Positions 55,869-64,000 of a stretch of 64,000 bases of DNA are shown in pieces. Position 1 is the first letter of the stretch. Each line of letters begins with the position of its first letter. Below the pieces are notes generated by a model that had not been told where the DNA came from, searched no databases, and worked only from the letters and a program-made list of their open reading frames with translations. Position numbers and translations under genes: made by a program. The stretch comes from an uncultured delta proteobacterium (GTDB lineage: Bacteria; Desulfobacterota; Desulfobacteria; Desulfobacterales; UBA2156): positions 32,001-96,000 of the forward strand of contig CAVTQK010000006.1 of assembly GCA_963736855.1 (NCBI GenBank). Direction: 5' to 3'.

Positions 55869-56417
55869 ATGGACCTTATAAAAGGCCTCAATCGATTGAA
55901 CCTGACACCCAGGGAAAGACTCGGAATCGGTGCAGCCATCGGCGCCATCTTTTTTTTTCTGGTCTTGAAACTGCTGGTTTTTCCTTTTTGGGATGCGCGT
56001 CACCGGATGCAAAGAAATATTTCTTCTAAGCAGGCTATGGTCCAGGAGATGCAAAAACTCCAAGGGGAATATCGCATTGCTGCAGACCGGTCCAAAACTG
56101 TCTCAAAACGCATGGATGGGCGACGGAAAGGATTTACGCTGTTCAGTTTCATGGAAGATGCCGCCGTCAAGTCCGGGATCAAGAGCAAAATTGCTTACAT
56201 GAAGCCTTCGGTGCAATCCATCAAGGATTCAACTTTGAAACAATCTTCCATAGAGATGAAACTTGAATCGATTATATCCGAAGAACTGGTCGATTACCTG
56301 TACAATATCGAAATGCGCGATCCTCTGATCTTCGTCAGACGCATTTCCCTTTTTAAATCCAGCGGCTCAGACGGAAGCATTCAAGCTGTACTACAGGTGG
56401 AAACGATTGAAAGATAA
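55869..56417 (+). CDS. gspM: T2SS protein M
   Basis: LTPRER plus TM and coiled coil; position. Confidence 0.82.
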   Translation: MDLIKGLNRLNLTPRERLGIGAAIGAIFFFLVLKLLVFPFWDARHRMQRNISSKQAMVQEMQKLQGEYRIAADRSKTVSKRMDGRRKGFTLFSFMEDAAVKSGIKSKIAYMKPSVQSIKDSTLKQSSIEMKLESIISEELVDYLYNIEMRDPLIFVRRISLFKSSGSDGSIQAVLQVETIER

Positions 56418-56447
56418 TCGTATAAATATTAGGCCGGCATTTCGATC

Positions 56448-57323
56448 ATGAAGTCAATCAGGAAGTGGACCCTCTTCGGTGGTTATACTCTGATCACCAT
56501 CGTTCTTTTCCTGTATCTTCTTTTTCCGGAAGAAACGATCAAAGAATATGCCCAAAACAGGGTGATACAGATGCAGCCGGATCTTACCGTCACAATCGAT
56601 ACCGTACGTCCCTCTTTCCCGCCGGGATTACGCTTCAGGGCAGTGTCTCTTCAACATGCCGGAAAACCACTGTTGGCCTTTAGCAACATCCGGGTTTCAC
56701 GGGAGCTTTCAACGCTTTTCACAAAAAATCAGGCCTATGGATTCCTGGCAGCAGCCTATGACGGGAGCATCAAAGGACGCATTCGAGAATATCCGGACGC
56801 CTCGGATGCACACCTTTCAGTTCATGCCCACATCCAGGACATCGAGATCGGAAAACTTTCCGTTTCCAAAACACTTCCCAAGTTCTCTATCGGGGGAAGG
56901 CTCAACGGGGAAATTCTTTTAAACAAAGACAATAAGGAGCAAGTCGATGTCAACGCCCAACTCGAGATTGAAGAGGCAACAATCGAATTGGATACCCCCC
57001 TGATTGTTCTGAAAACCCTGTCTTTTCAAAAGATCCAGACGGACTTGAAAATGCGCAGCCGGACCCTGATCATTCGTCAGTTGTCGGCAAAAGGACCCCA
57101 AATGGATGGACGCATTTCCGGTTCTATTTTTTTAAGCGGCAACTTGAAGCAAAGCGTCTTGAACCTGACCGGGAAAATTAAGCTGCACCACCTTCTTTTA
57201 GCCGGTATCGGAAAAGGATTTCAGTCCTTTCTCTCTTCCGAGATGAAAAAGGAGCAGGACGGCATTTCTTTTCGGATCAACGGGACCATCGAAAAACCGG
57301 CTTTTTCCTTTGCACCTTCCTGA
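56448..57323 (+). CDS. gspN: T2SS protein N
   Basis: N-terminal TM with LYLLFP, C-terminal GTIEKP; position. Confidence 0.78.
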   Translation: MKSIRKWTLFGGYTLITIVLFLYLLFPEETIKEYAQNRVIQMQPDLTVTIDTVRPSFPPGLRFRAVSLQHAGKPLLAFSNIRVSRELSTLFTKNQAYGFLAAAYDGSIKGRIREYPDASDAHLSVHAHIQDIEIGKLSVSKTLPKFSIGGRLNGEILLNKDNKEQVDVNAQLEIEEATIELDTPLIVLKTLSFQKIQTDLKMRSRTLIIRQLSAKGPQMDGRISGSIFLSGNLKQSVLNLTGKIKLHHLLLAGIGKGFQSFLSSEMKKEQDGISFRINGTIEKPAFSFAPS

Positions 57324-57326
57324 AAG

Positions 57327-58181
57327 ATGGGACGCATGAGACGATATTTTATTCTGCTGAATCTGATCGGTGTCACCGTCGCCGTCTTTTTCGTCGTCAA
57401 GGTCTTTTACATCTGGGTCACCCAAGACCTGACCGTCATCTCCTCACCACGGGGATATTCCGAAACAACAATGGATGTTGAAAAAACATCTCCGCCGCCA
57501 TCCGATTATCAAAGCATTCTCAAACGCAACCTTTTTAAAACGGTTTCAAAGGGTATCCCCGGTTCCGGCTCCACCGCAACACCCATCGGGGCGCCCCTAC
57601 CCATCCAGCTGAATGTGAAACTCTGGGGGACGGTCACATTTTCAGACGGCAAGGGATTTGCCGTCATCGAAGATGTCCCGGCAAGAAGGCAGGACCTTTT
57701 CACAGCGGGAAAAGCAATTCAAAATGCAACGCTCAAGGAGATCCTGAGGGGCCGGGTGATCTTGAGCGTCAACGGCAGAGACCAAGTTCTCAACATGGAA
57801 GATCCGAAAAGCCTTCCGGAAAGGGTGCAGCCGATTCCCGCATCCGCCCCCCAAAGTACGTCTCAACAAATCGCCCTTTCCCGGCTGCAAATCGATGATG
57901 CCGTTCAGAACATCAACGAGCTCATGACACAGATCAAGATTCGACCCCATTTCCTGGACGGAAGGCCCGATGGCATTGTCGTAGGTGCAATTGTACCGGA
58001 CTCCATCTTCAGCAGAATGGGTCTTCAAAACGGCGACATCATCGCGGGTATCAACGGAGAAAAAATTTTATCGGTGGATGATGCCCTCAAATTGTATCAG
58101 GGCATCAAATCCGGAAGCAGCGTGAACATCGAACTCAAGCGGGCGGGGAAAACGGAAACTCTGATGTACCAGATTGAATAG
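57327..58181 (+). CDS. gspC: T2SS protein C with PDZ domain
   Basis: TM, LWGTV...AVIE HR domain, GLQNGDII...ING PDZ. Confidence 0.9.
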   Translation: MGRMRRYFILLNLIGVTVAVFFVVKVFYIWVTQDLTVISSPRGYSETTMDVEKTSPPPSDYQSILKRNLFKTVSKGIPGSGSTATPIGAPLPIQLNVKLWGTVTFSDGKGFAVIEDVPARRQDLFTAGKAIQNATLKEILRGRVILSVNGRDQVLNMEDPKSLPERVQPIPASAPQSTSQQIALSRLQIDDAVQNINELMTQIKIRPHFLDGRPDGIVVGAIVPDSIFSRMGLQNGDIIAGINGEKILSVDDALKLYQGIKSGSSVNIELKRAGKTETLMYQIE

Positions 58182-58183
58182 AA

Positions 58184-60244
58184 ATGCTAAAAAAGGATTA
58201 CCCTATGAATGCAACCGTGAACGCCTTCCTCAATCGACGGCGGCACCTTTTTTGCCTACTGGCATTGACCGTTACCATCTCCCTTGCAGCTCTCTTTGGT
58301 GTATTTCACCCGGGGGCTTTGGGTCAAAATCCTGAAAGCGTGAGTCCCGGGAATGCACAGAAATTAGGCCCCAATCAAAGCGACCAGAGTATTTCCATCG
58401 ATTTCAACAATGTGGATCTTGCCGTTTTTATCAAATTTATCAGCGAGCTTTTAGGGAAAAATTTTGTAGTGGACGATCGCGTCAAGGGAAAAGTCACCAT
58501 CATCTCTCCCAAGAAGGTCTCTATTAAAGAAGCTTACGATATTTTCGAGTCGGTTCTGGAAGTCTACGGCTACGCCGTCATACCGGCCGGAGAAATCCTC
58601 AAAATCGTCCCTTCTCCGGACGCCCGTACCAAAAGCATCGAAACCCGGATGAAAGAAGACGCCGATTCCCCCGAAGACCGTGTCGTCACTCAGATCATTC
58701 CATTGAAATACGCGGATCCCGAGGAAGTCAAACGGCTACTTGCCCCATTGATACCGAAAAACAGCGTGATTTTAGCCTACTCCCCGACCAACACCCTGGT
58801 GGTCACGGATGTCTACTCCAACATCCGGCGGTTGATGCGCATCCTGGAAGTCATCGATGTGGCCGGTATCGATCGTGCTGTTTCCGTCATCCCCCTTCAA
58901 TTTTCCTATGCCGAAAAGATCGTTAAACTGATCGAATCCGTTTTCAAAACGTCTCAGCAGCCGCCAAAACCGGTTTCCGATCGTGAAGTAAAGGTCGTTG
59001 CCGACGAACGAACGAATTCCATCGTCGTCATCGCCAGTGAAAGTGATACTCTGAAGATCAAAAGGCTCATCGAGCTTCTCGACAAAGACGTCCCAAAAGG
59101 CAAAGAAAAGATCCATATTTATTATTTGGAAAACGCCGAGGCAGAGGCGCTCGCTAAAGTCCTTCAGGATCTTCCCGCAAAAGAAGAAGCCCCTAAGCCC
59201 GGTCAGCCTGCAGTACCGAAAAGGATACAACCTTCGGTCACCGAATCTATCACCATCACGCCGGACAAGGCCACTAACAGCCTGATCATTCGCGGAGACG
59301 CGGACGACTACAAGTCACTCGAAGAAATCATCCAAAAACTCGACATCCCGCGTTCCATGGTCTACATCGAATGCCTTATCATGGAAGTGGACGTAAACAA
59401 GGAATTCGAACTGGGAACGGAGTGGAGCGCGTTCGGAGGCGATCTCCGGGATGACGGATCTTTCCGGGGAGGAGGAGGAGGATTCAGCGGTAGCGGGTTC
59501 AACAAAATCCCTCCCATCGACCCGGACACGGGGCTCCCCACCCAGACGCTGCCTTCCGGCTTTTCTCTGGGGATATTCGAAACCATCAAAATCGGAAATG
59601 TCTATTTTCCGAACCTGGCCGCCATCGTGACGGCATACAAAAAAGACAAAGACGTGCATATCCTGTCTACTCCCCAGGTCCTGACCACCGACAATCAGGA
59701 AGCCAAGATCACCATCGGGAAAAATATCCCTTACCAGACCAAGGAAGGAACCACATCCGCCAACGAGACGTACAGTACTTATGAATACAAGGATGTCGGC
59801 ATTTCCCTCAAGATCACCCCTTCCATCAGCAAGGATCGCCTGGTTCGGATGAACATCTCCCAGGAATTTTCTCAACTCGAATCGACCACCGACTTCCGCC
59901 CCACCACCCTAAAACGCACCCTCGATACCACGGTCATCGTCCATGATAATAATACCGTAGTCATCGGCGGTCTTATCGGGGACGCCTTTTCCAAAACCGA
60001 ATACCGCGTTCCCTGTCTGGGGGACATCCCGGTGGCGGGTTGGCTCTTCAGGTCCTTGGCCAAAGGAGGGGAAAAAACCAACCTCTTTGTTTTTTTGACC
60101 CCCCGCGTCATCAATAATGCCGCAGAGGCCAAGCGCATTTATGAACTCAAAAAAAATGAGTTCGATCGTCTACAGGAAAACCTTTCGAATCCTCGAAAAA
60201 AGGAAATGCCGGATGCAGGAAAAGCGAGGGACAACCGACCGTAA
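58184..60244 (+). CDS. gspD: T2SS secretin D
   Basis: IDFNNVDL N0, DERTNS, LDIPR, LSTPQVLTTDNQEA, VPCLGDIPVAGWLF. Confidence 0.96.
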   Translation: MLKKDYPMNATVNAFLNRRRHLFCLLALTVTISLAALFGVFHPGALGQNPESVSPGNAQKLGPNQSDQSISIDFNNVDLAVFIKFISELLGKNFVVDDRVKGKVTIISPKKVSIKEAYDIFESVLEVYGYAVIPAGEILKIVPSPDARTKSIETRMKEDADSPEDRVVTQIIPLKYADPEEVKRLLAPLIPKNSVILAYSPTNTLVVTDVYSNIRRLMRILEVIDVAGIDRAVSVIPLQFSYAEKIVKLIESVFKTSQQPPKPVSDREVKVVADERTNSIVVIASESDTLKIKRLIELLDKDVPKGKEKIHIYYLENAEAEALAKVLQDLPAKEEAPKPGQPAVPKRIQPSVTESITITPDKATNSLIIRGDADDYKSLEEIIQKLDIPRSMVYIECLIMEVDVNKEFELGTEWSAFGGDLRDDGSFRGGGGGFSGSGFNKIPPIDPDTGLPTQTLPSGFSLGIFETIKIGNVYFPNLAAIVTAYKKDKDVHILSTPQVLTTDNQEAKITIGKNIPYQTKEGTTSANETYSTYEYKDVGISLKITPSISKDRLVRMNISQEFSQLESTTDFRPTTLKRTLDTTVIVHDNNTVVIGGLIGDAFSKTEYRVPCLGDIPVAGWLFRSLAKGGEKTNLFVFLTPRVINNAAEAKRIYELKKNEFDRLQENLSNPRKKEMPDAGKARDNRP

Positions 60245-60283
60245 GCGCCAACCGGCACGAGGTTTGGGAGGAGAACAAGGGCC

Positions 60284-62044
60284 ATGCAAAACCGCCTGAT
60301 TGAAGTACTCACCAACCGATTCCAGATTCAAGCAGAGGATATCCGGGAGGCATTGACACTTCGGAACCGAAAAGGATCCGGTTTGGGAGATATTCTGATT
60401 CAGAAAAAATTGCTTTCTGAAGAAAAACTCCTCGAAGCCTTTAGCCTGGTTTACGGTATCCCATATTGGCCGGATCTTCCCATGGAAAATATCTGTTCAG
60501 AGTTCACAAAGCGTCTGCCTATCGGTTTTTTGAAAAAGCATATCATGATCCCACTTTGGGAGCCTGAACCCGCGTTGAATCAAAGTCTATCGTCCGGGCC
60601 GAATGGAAAGGCGGAGAAGCCGGATCAAATTTCCTCACGGAGTTATGTCGTTGCGGTCCGAAGTCTCAACAGTCTCCAGGCGGTGGACGACCTGGTCCGG
60701 ATCATGGGAATTGAAGATTATCGCCTGGTCCTTTCCACCAGAGGGGCCATCCTGTCGGCCATCAACATGTCCTTTGAGTTGTGCCGGGATTCGGCGGAGC
60801 AAATTGTTCAGGACATGGAGGAAGATGGGAAAGCGATCCTCAGTGAAATCAAGGACCGGGCCGACCTGTTAGACGACACCAGTGATGCACCGATCGTCAA
60901 ATTGGTCAACCACATCATCTCTCAGGCCGTAAAAGCCAGGGCCAGCGACATCCACGTAGAACCGTATCATGACAGCTTCAAAATCCGTTACCGCATCGAC
61001 GGAATCCTTTACGATACCCTCACCCCGCCAAAATGGATTCAGCCCGCCCTCATTTCGCGCATTAAAATCATGACTCAGATGAACATCGCCGAAAAGAGAC
61101 TTCCTCAGGACGGCCGTTTTGACGTGAAAGTGGGAGACCAGGAGATCGATATCCGGGTATCCACCATTCCCACCGCCTTTGGCGAGCGGGTGGTGTTGCG
61201 GCTTCTCAACAAATCAAGCTCCCTGTTGAAGCTGACCGAAATCGGCCTGGAGGCCGAGCGACTGGCCGAACTGAAAAGCCTGATTCAGAATACCAACGGC
61301 GTCATCCTGATCACAGGCCCCACCGGCAGCGGAAAGACCACCACTCTGTATGCTGTTTTGTCATTTCTTAATACACCGGGCATCAACATCATCACCATCG
61401 AAGATCCCGTGGAATACCAAATCAAAGGGATCAATCAGATTCAGGTCAACCCCAAGATCGATTTGACCTTTGCCCGTGGGCTCCGCCATATTGTGAGGCA
61501 GGATCCGGATGTCATTCTCGTGGGGGAGATCCGAGACTTGGAAACCGCTGAAATCGCCGTCCAGTCGGCCCTTACCGGCCACCTCGTCTTTTCGACCCTT
61601 CACACGAACGACTCGGCCAGCGCCATCACGCGTCTGGTAGATATCGGTATCGAACCTTTTTTAATATCTTCTTCCGTAAAAGGGGTCGCCGCACAGAGGC
61701 TGATCCGGGTTCTGTGTAACGAATGCAAAGAACCCTACACACCGGACGAAGCAGCGCTTCAGGCCATCGGGATTCCTCCGGATAAAGTCGCCGACGGAGC
61801 CATTTATCATTCCGTGGGGTGTCCGATCTGCTTTCAAACCGGATATCGGGGCCGCATCGGCATCTTCGAGGTCATGACCATTGACTCGACCCTTTCCAAC
61901 CTCCTTCTGAAGACTTACGATGCCAACCGGATCAAGGCCCAAGCCGTCGAAAAAGGTATGGTGGCCTTACGTGAGGACGGTATCCGCAAGGTCCTGAAAG
62001 GAATCACTACCATTGAAGAAGTCCTGCGGGTTACCCAGAAATAA
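60284..62044 (+). CDS. gspE: T2SS ATPase E
   Basis: ASDIHVEP, GPTGSGKTTT, RQDPDVILVGEIRD, TLHTND, CxxC Zn pairs. Confidence 0.96.
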   Translation: MQNRLIEVLTNRFQIQAEDIREALTLRNRKGSGLGDILIQKKLLSEEKLLEAFSLVYGIPYWPDLPMENICSEFTKRLPIGFLKKHIMIPLWEPEPALNQSLSSGPNGKAEKPDQISSRSYVVAVRSLNSLQAVDDLVRIMGIEDYRLVLSTRGAILSAINMSFELCRDSAEQIVQDMEEDGKAILSEIKDRADLLDDTSDAPIVKLVNHIISQAVKARASDIHVEPYHDSFKIRYRIDGILYDTLTPPKWIQPALISRIKIMTQMNIAEKRLPQDGRFDVKVGDQEIDIRVSTIPTAFGERVVLRLLNKSSSLLKLTEIGLEAERLAELKSLIQNTNGVILITGPTGSGKTTTLYAVLSFLNTPGINIITIEDPVEYQIKGINQIQVNPKIDLTFARGLRHIVRQDPDVILVGEIRDLETAEIAVQSALTGHLVFSTLHTNDSASAITRLVDIGIEPFLISSSVKGVAAQRLIRVLCNECKEPYTPDEAALQAIGIPPDKVADGAIYHSVGCPICFQTGYRGRIGIFEVMTIDSTLSNLLLKTYDANRIKAQAVEKGMVALREDGIRKVLKGITTIEEVLRVTQK

Positions 62045-63044
62045 TAAAAATATCCCGGCTTTTCAATTCAAAAACCAGAAGAATCTTCCGGGGTTTTTCG
62101 AAAACAAAAAGATACTGGCCGCCGGGACCTTTCTGGTATGGGTGCTGACTCTTCTAATACCGCCGGGAGTTCATTCAACCGCCGAAAGCCAGCCCCGATA
62201 CTGCATCACGGCCGATGTTCAGTTTGCCTATGCCCTCAGTCTTTATGACAAGGCGGAGTATCCGGAATCTGTGGTCGAGTTTAGACGGTTCATTCAGTTT
62301 TTTCCAGATGATGTCCGGATCGAAACAGCATGGTACCATATCGGCATGTCATTTTTTCACACCGATCAATATCCCAGAGCCGTCCGCTCCTTTCAAACCC
62401 TCATCGAAACATTCGGGCAGACGACACTGGGCGTGAAATCGCATTTTAATATCAGCGAATCCTATTTGAAGCTGAATAACACAGGCCAGGCCTTGATCGC
62501 GCTCTTTAATCTGATCACCCTCGCCGACGATTCCGCCGTGAAAAATATGGCATACTATCAGGCAGGATGGATCTATCTGGAAATGGCGCAATGGGACAAG
62601 GCTCGGGCCGCCTTTGAAAACATCACCCCCGGTGACCAAGATCATTTCGGCGTAAAAGTGCTGCTGGATCATCTGGAAAGCCATCGGGAACTGAAAAATA
62701 AAGATCCAAAGTTCGCCGGTCTCTTGGCCGTCGTACCGGGTGCCGGGCATCTGTATTGCACGCGATACCGGGACGCCTTCACGGCGTTTGTGGTCAACGG
62801 GCTCTTGGCCTGGGCAGCCTGGGAGGCTTTTGACAAAGACAGCCCCGCCCTGGGAAGCGCCATTGCGGTGGTCGGGTTCGGATTTTACGCAGGATCCATT
62901 TTTGGGTCTGTCTCCGCTGCGCACAAATTCAACCAAGAACAGACCCGACATTTCATCGATAAATTAAAAAGCGAGGTAAAGGTAACCCTTTCTGCCTCAC
63001 CCAAGTTGGACGGAGGTGTACTGATGGCGCATTTCTTCTTCTAA
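62013..63044 (+). CDS. TPR-repeat envelope protein with C-terminal membrane domain (start uncertain)
   Basis: TPR helices (QFAYA...EFRRFIQFFP; AWYHIG), AGLLAVVPGAGHLY followed by TM segments. Confidence 0.75.
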   Translation: MKKSCGLPRNNKNIPAFQFKNQKNLPGFFENKKILAAGTFLVWVLTLLIPPGVHSTAESQPRYCITADVQFAYALSLYDKAEYPESVVEFRRFIQFFPDDVRIETAWYHIGMSFFHTDQYPRAVRSFQTLIETFGQTTLGVKSHFNISESYLKLNNTGQALIALFNLITLADDSAVKNMAYYQAGWIYLEMAQWDKARAAFENITPGDQDHFGVKVLLDHLESHRELKNKDPKFAGLLAVVPGAGHLYCTRYRDAFTAFVVNGLLAWAAWEAFDKDSPALGSAIAVVGFGFYAGSIFGSVSAAHKFNQEQTRHFIDKLKSEVKVTLSASPKLDGGVLMAHFFF

Positions 63045-63061
63045 CGGCTGAAAGGCACCAC

Positions 63062-64000
63062 ATGGAAAAAATTCTGAAAGGATGCTTGGTGCTGGACCTT
63101 TCCAGGCTCTTGCCCGGTCCGTTTTGTTCGATGGTTTTAGCCGACCACGGGGCCCGTGTCATATCTGTTGAAGGGCATCGCTTTGAAAAAGACGCAATTT
63201 ACCATTATCGGAGCATCAATCGGAACAAGGAACACATGGCTCTCGATCTGAAAGCCCCGGAGGGAAAGGAGATCTTTTTCATGCTGGCCCGGCGAGCGGA
63301 CATCATCCTGGAGGGGTTTCGCCCCGGGGTCGTCAAACGGCTCGGGATCGGATATTCGGACATTGCATCCGTCAACCCCTCCATCATCTACTGCTCCATC
63401 ACCGGATATGGCCAGGAAGGCCCGCTTTCCGACCAGGCAGGCCACGACGTGAATTATTTGGGATACAGCGGAGTCCTTTCTCTTATCGGGCGTAAAAACG
63501 GACCGCCTTGTATCCCGGGAATCCAGATCGCCGACATCAGCGGAGGCTTAAACGCCGCGATTGCCATCTTGATGGCCCTTTACCACAGGGAAAAAACCGG
63601 AGCCGGTCGGTATATCGATGTTTCCATGACCGACTCCCTTATGGCCATGCTTTCACAGGCAGCCGGCCAGATTTGGGAGTCCGGCTCATCGCCGGAGAGA
63701 GGCGACTCCCTACTTTCGCACCGATTTGCCTGTTACAACGTTTATGGAACCCAGGATGACCGATACATTACCCTCGCCGCCCTGGAAATGCGCTTCTGGG
63801 AAAGCCTGTGTCGTTATTTCAGTGTCCCGGAATTTGTCTCCCTGCAATACGAGGAGAAGGAACAAGACCGGCTGATCACTTTTTTTAAAAAAACTTTTTT
63901 ATCCAAAACCCGTGATGCGTGGGTCGCACTTTTTTCAAAAAAAGATGTGTGCTTAGGGCCGGTTCTCACTGTCCCTGAAGCCCAGGAGAGTGAGTATGCC
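63062..64000 (+). CDS. CaiB/BaiF family III CoA-transferase (3' end beyond window)
   Basis: LDLSRLLPGP, NRNK...LDLK, EGFRPGV, ITGYGQ, GHDVNY, QIAD; open to window end. Confidence 0.92.
   Translation, partial: MEKILKGCLVLDLSRLLPGPFCSMVLADHGARVISVEGHRFEKDAIYHYRSINRNKEHMALDLKAPEGKEIFFMLARRADIILEGFRPGVVKRLGIGYSDIASVNPSIIYCSITGYGQEGPLSDQAGHDVNYLGYSGVLSLIGRKNGPPCIPGIQIADISGGLNAAIAILMALYHREKTGAGRYIDVSMTDSLMAMLSQAAGQIWESGSSPERGDSLLSHRFACYNVYGTQDDRYITLAALEMRFWESLCRYFSVPEFVSLQYEEKEQDRLITFFKKTFLSKTRDAWVALFSKKDVCLGPVLTVPEAQESEYA

Overview
Chromosomal core region of a Desulfobacterota (Desulfobacterales-like deltaproteobacterium; inferred from gene content and protein style). 1-13 kb is a mixed block: an AT-rich TPR lipoprotein, djlA, a 4Fe-4S protein, a coupled NIL-ferredoxin/mnmA/mtaB operon, two convergent receiver-domain genes (one truncated), a TRAP transporter, a family I CoA-transferase A/B pair and a PLP dehydratase. 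13-45 kb is an unbroken minus-strand translation/transcription supercluster: tRNA-Thr/Tyr/Gly/Thr, tuf, rpmG, tRNA-Trp, secE, nusG, rplKAJL, rpoBC, rpsLG, tuf, then the S10, spc and alpha genes. 45-64 kb (plus strand) holds an MltD-like lytic transglycosylase, a lipoprotein made of two subtilase pro-domains, a frameshifted S8 peptidase with a CFI-box C-terminus, a type II secretion cluster (F-G-H-I-J-K-L-M-N-C-D-E), a TPR protein and a partial CaiB/BaiF CoA-transferase. The most striking observation is a ~99-aa parvulin/PpiC-like (prolyl isomerase fold) domain inserted in-frame in RNA polymerase beta-prime. Also notable: fusA is missing from the str operon; both tuf copies almost completely avoid C at third codon positions; two copies of a MITE-like element with target-site duplications sit in the tuf-rpmG-secE region; and a stand-alone double pro-domain protein accompanies the T2SS-linked subtilase. 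The single-base frameshifts in one tuf copy and in the subtilase may be sequencing errors. All domain calls come from motif recognition by eye; no database searches were run.
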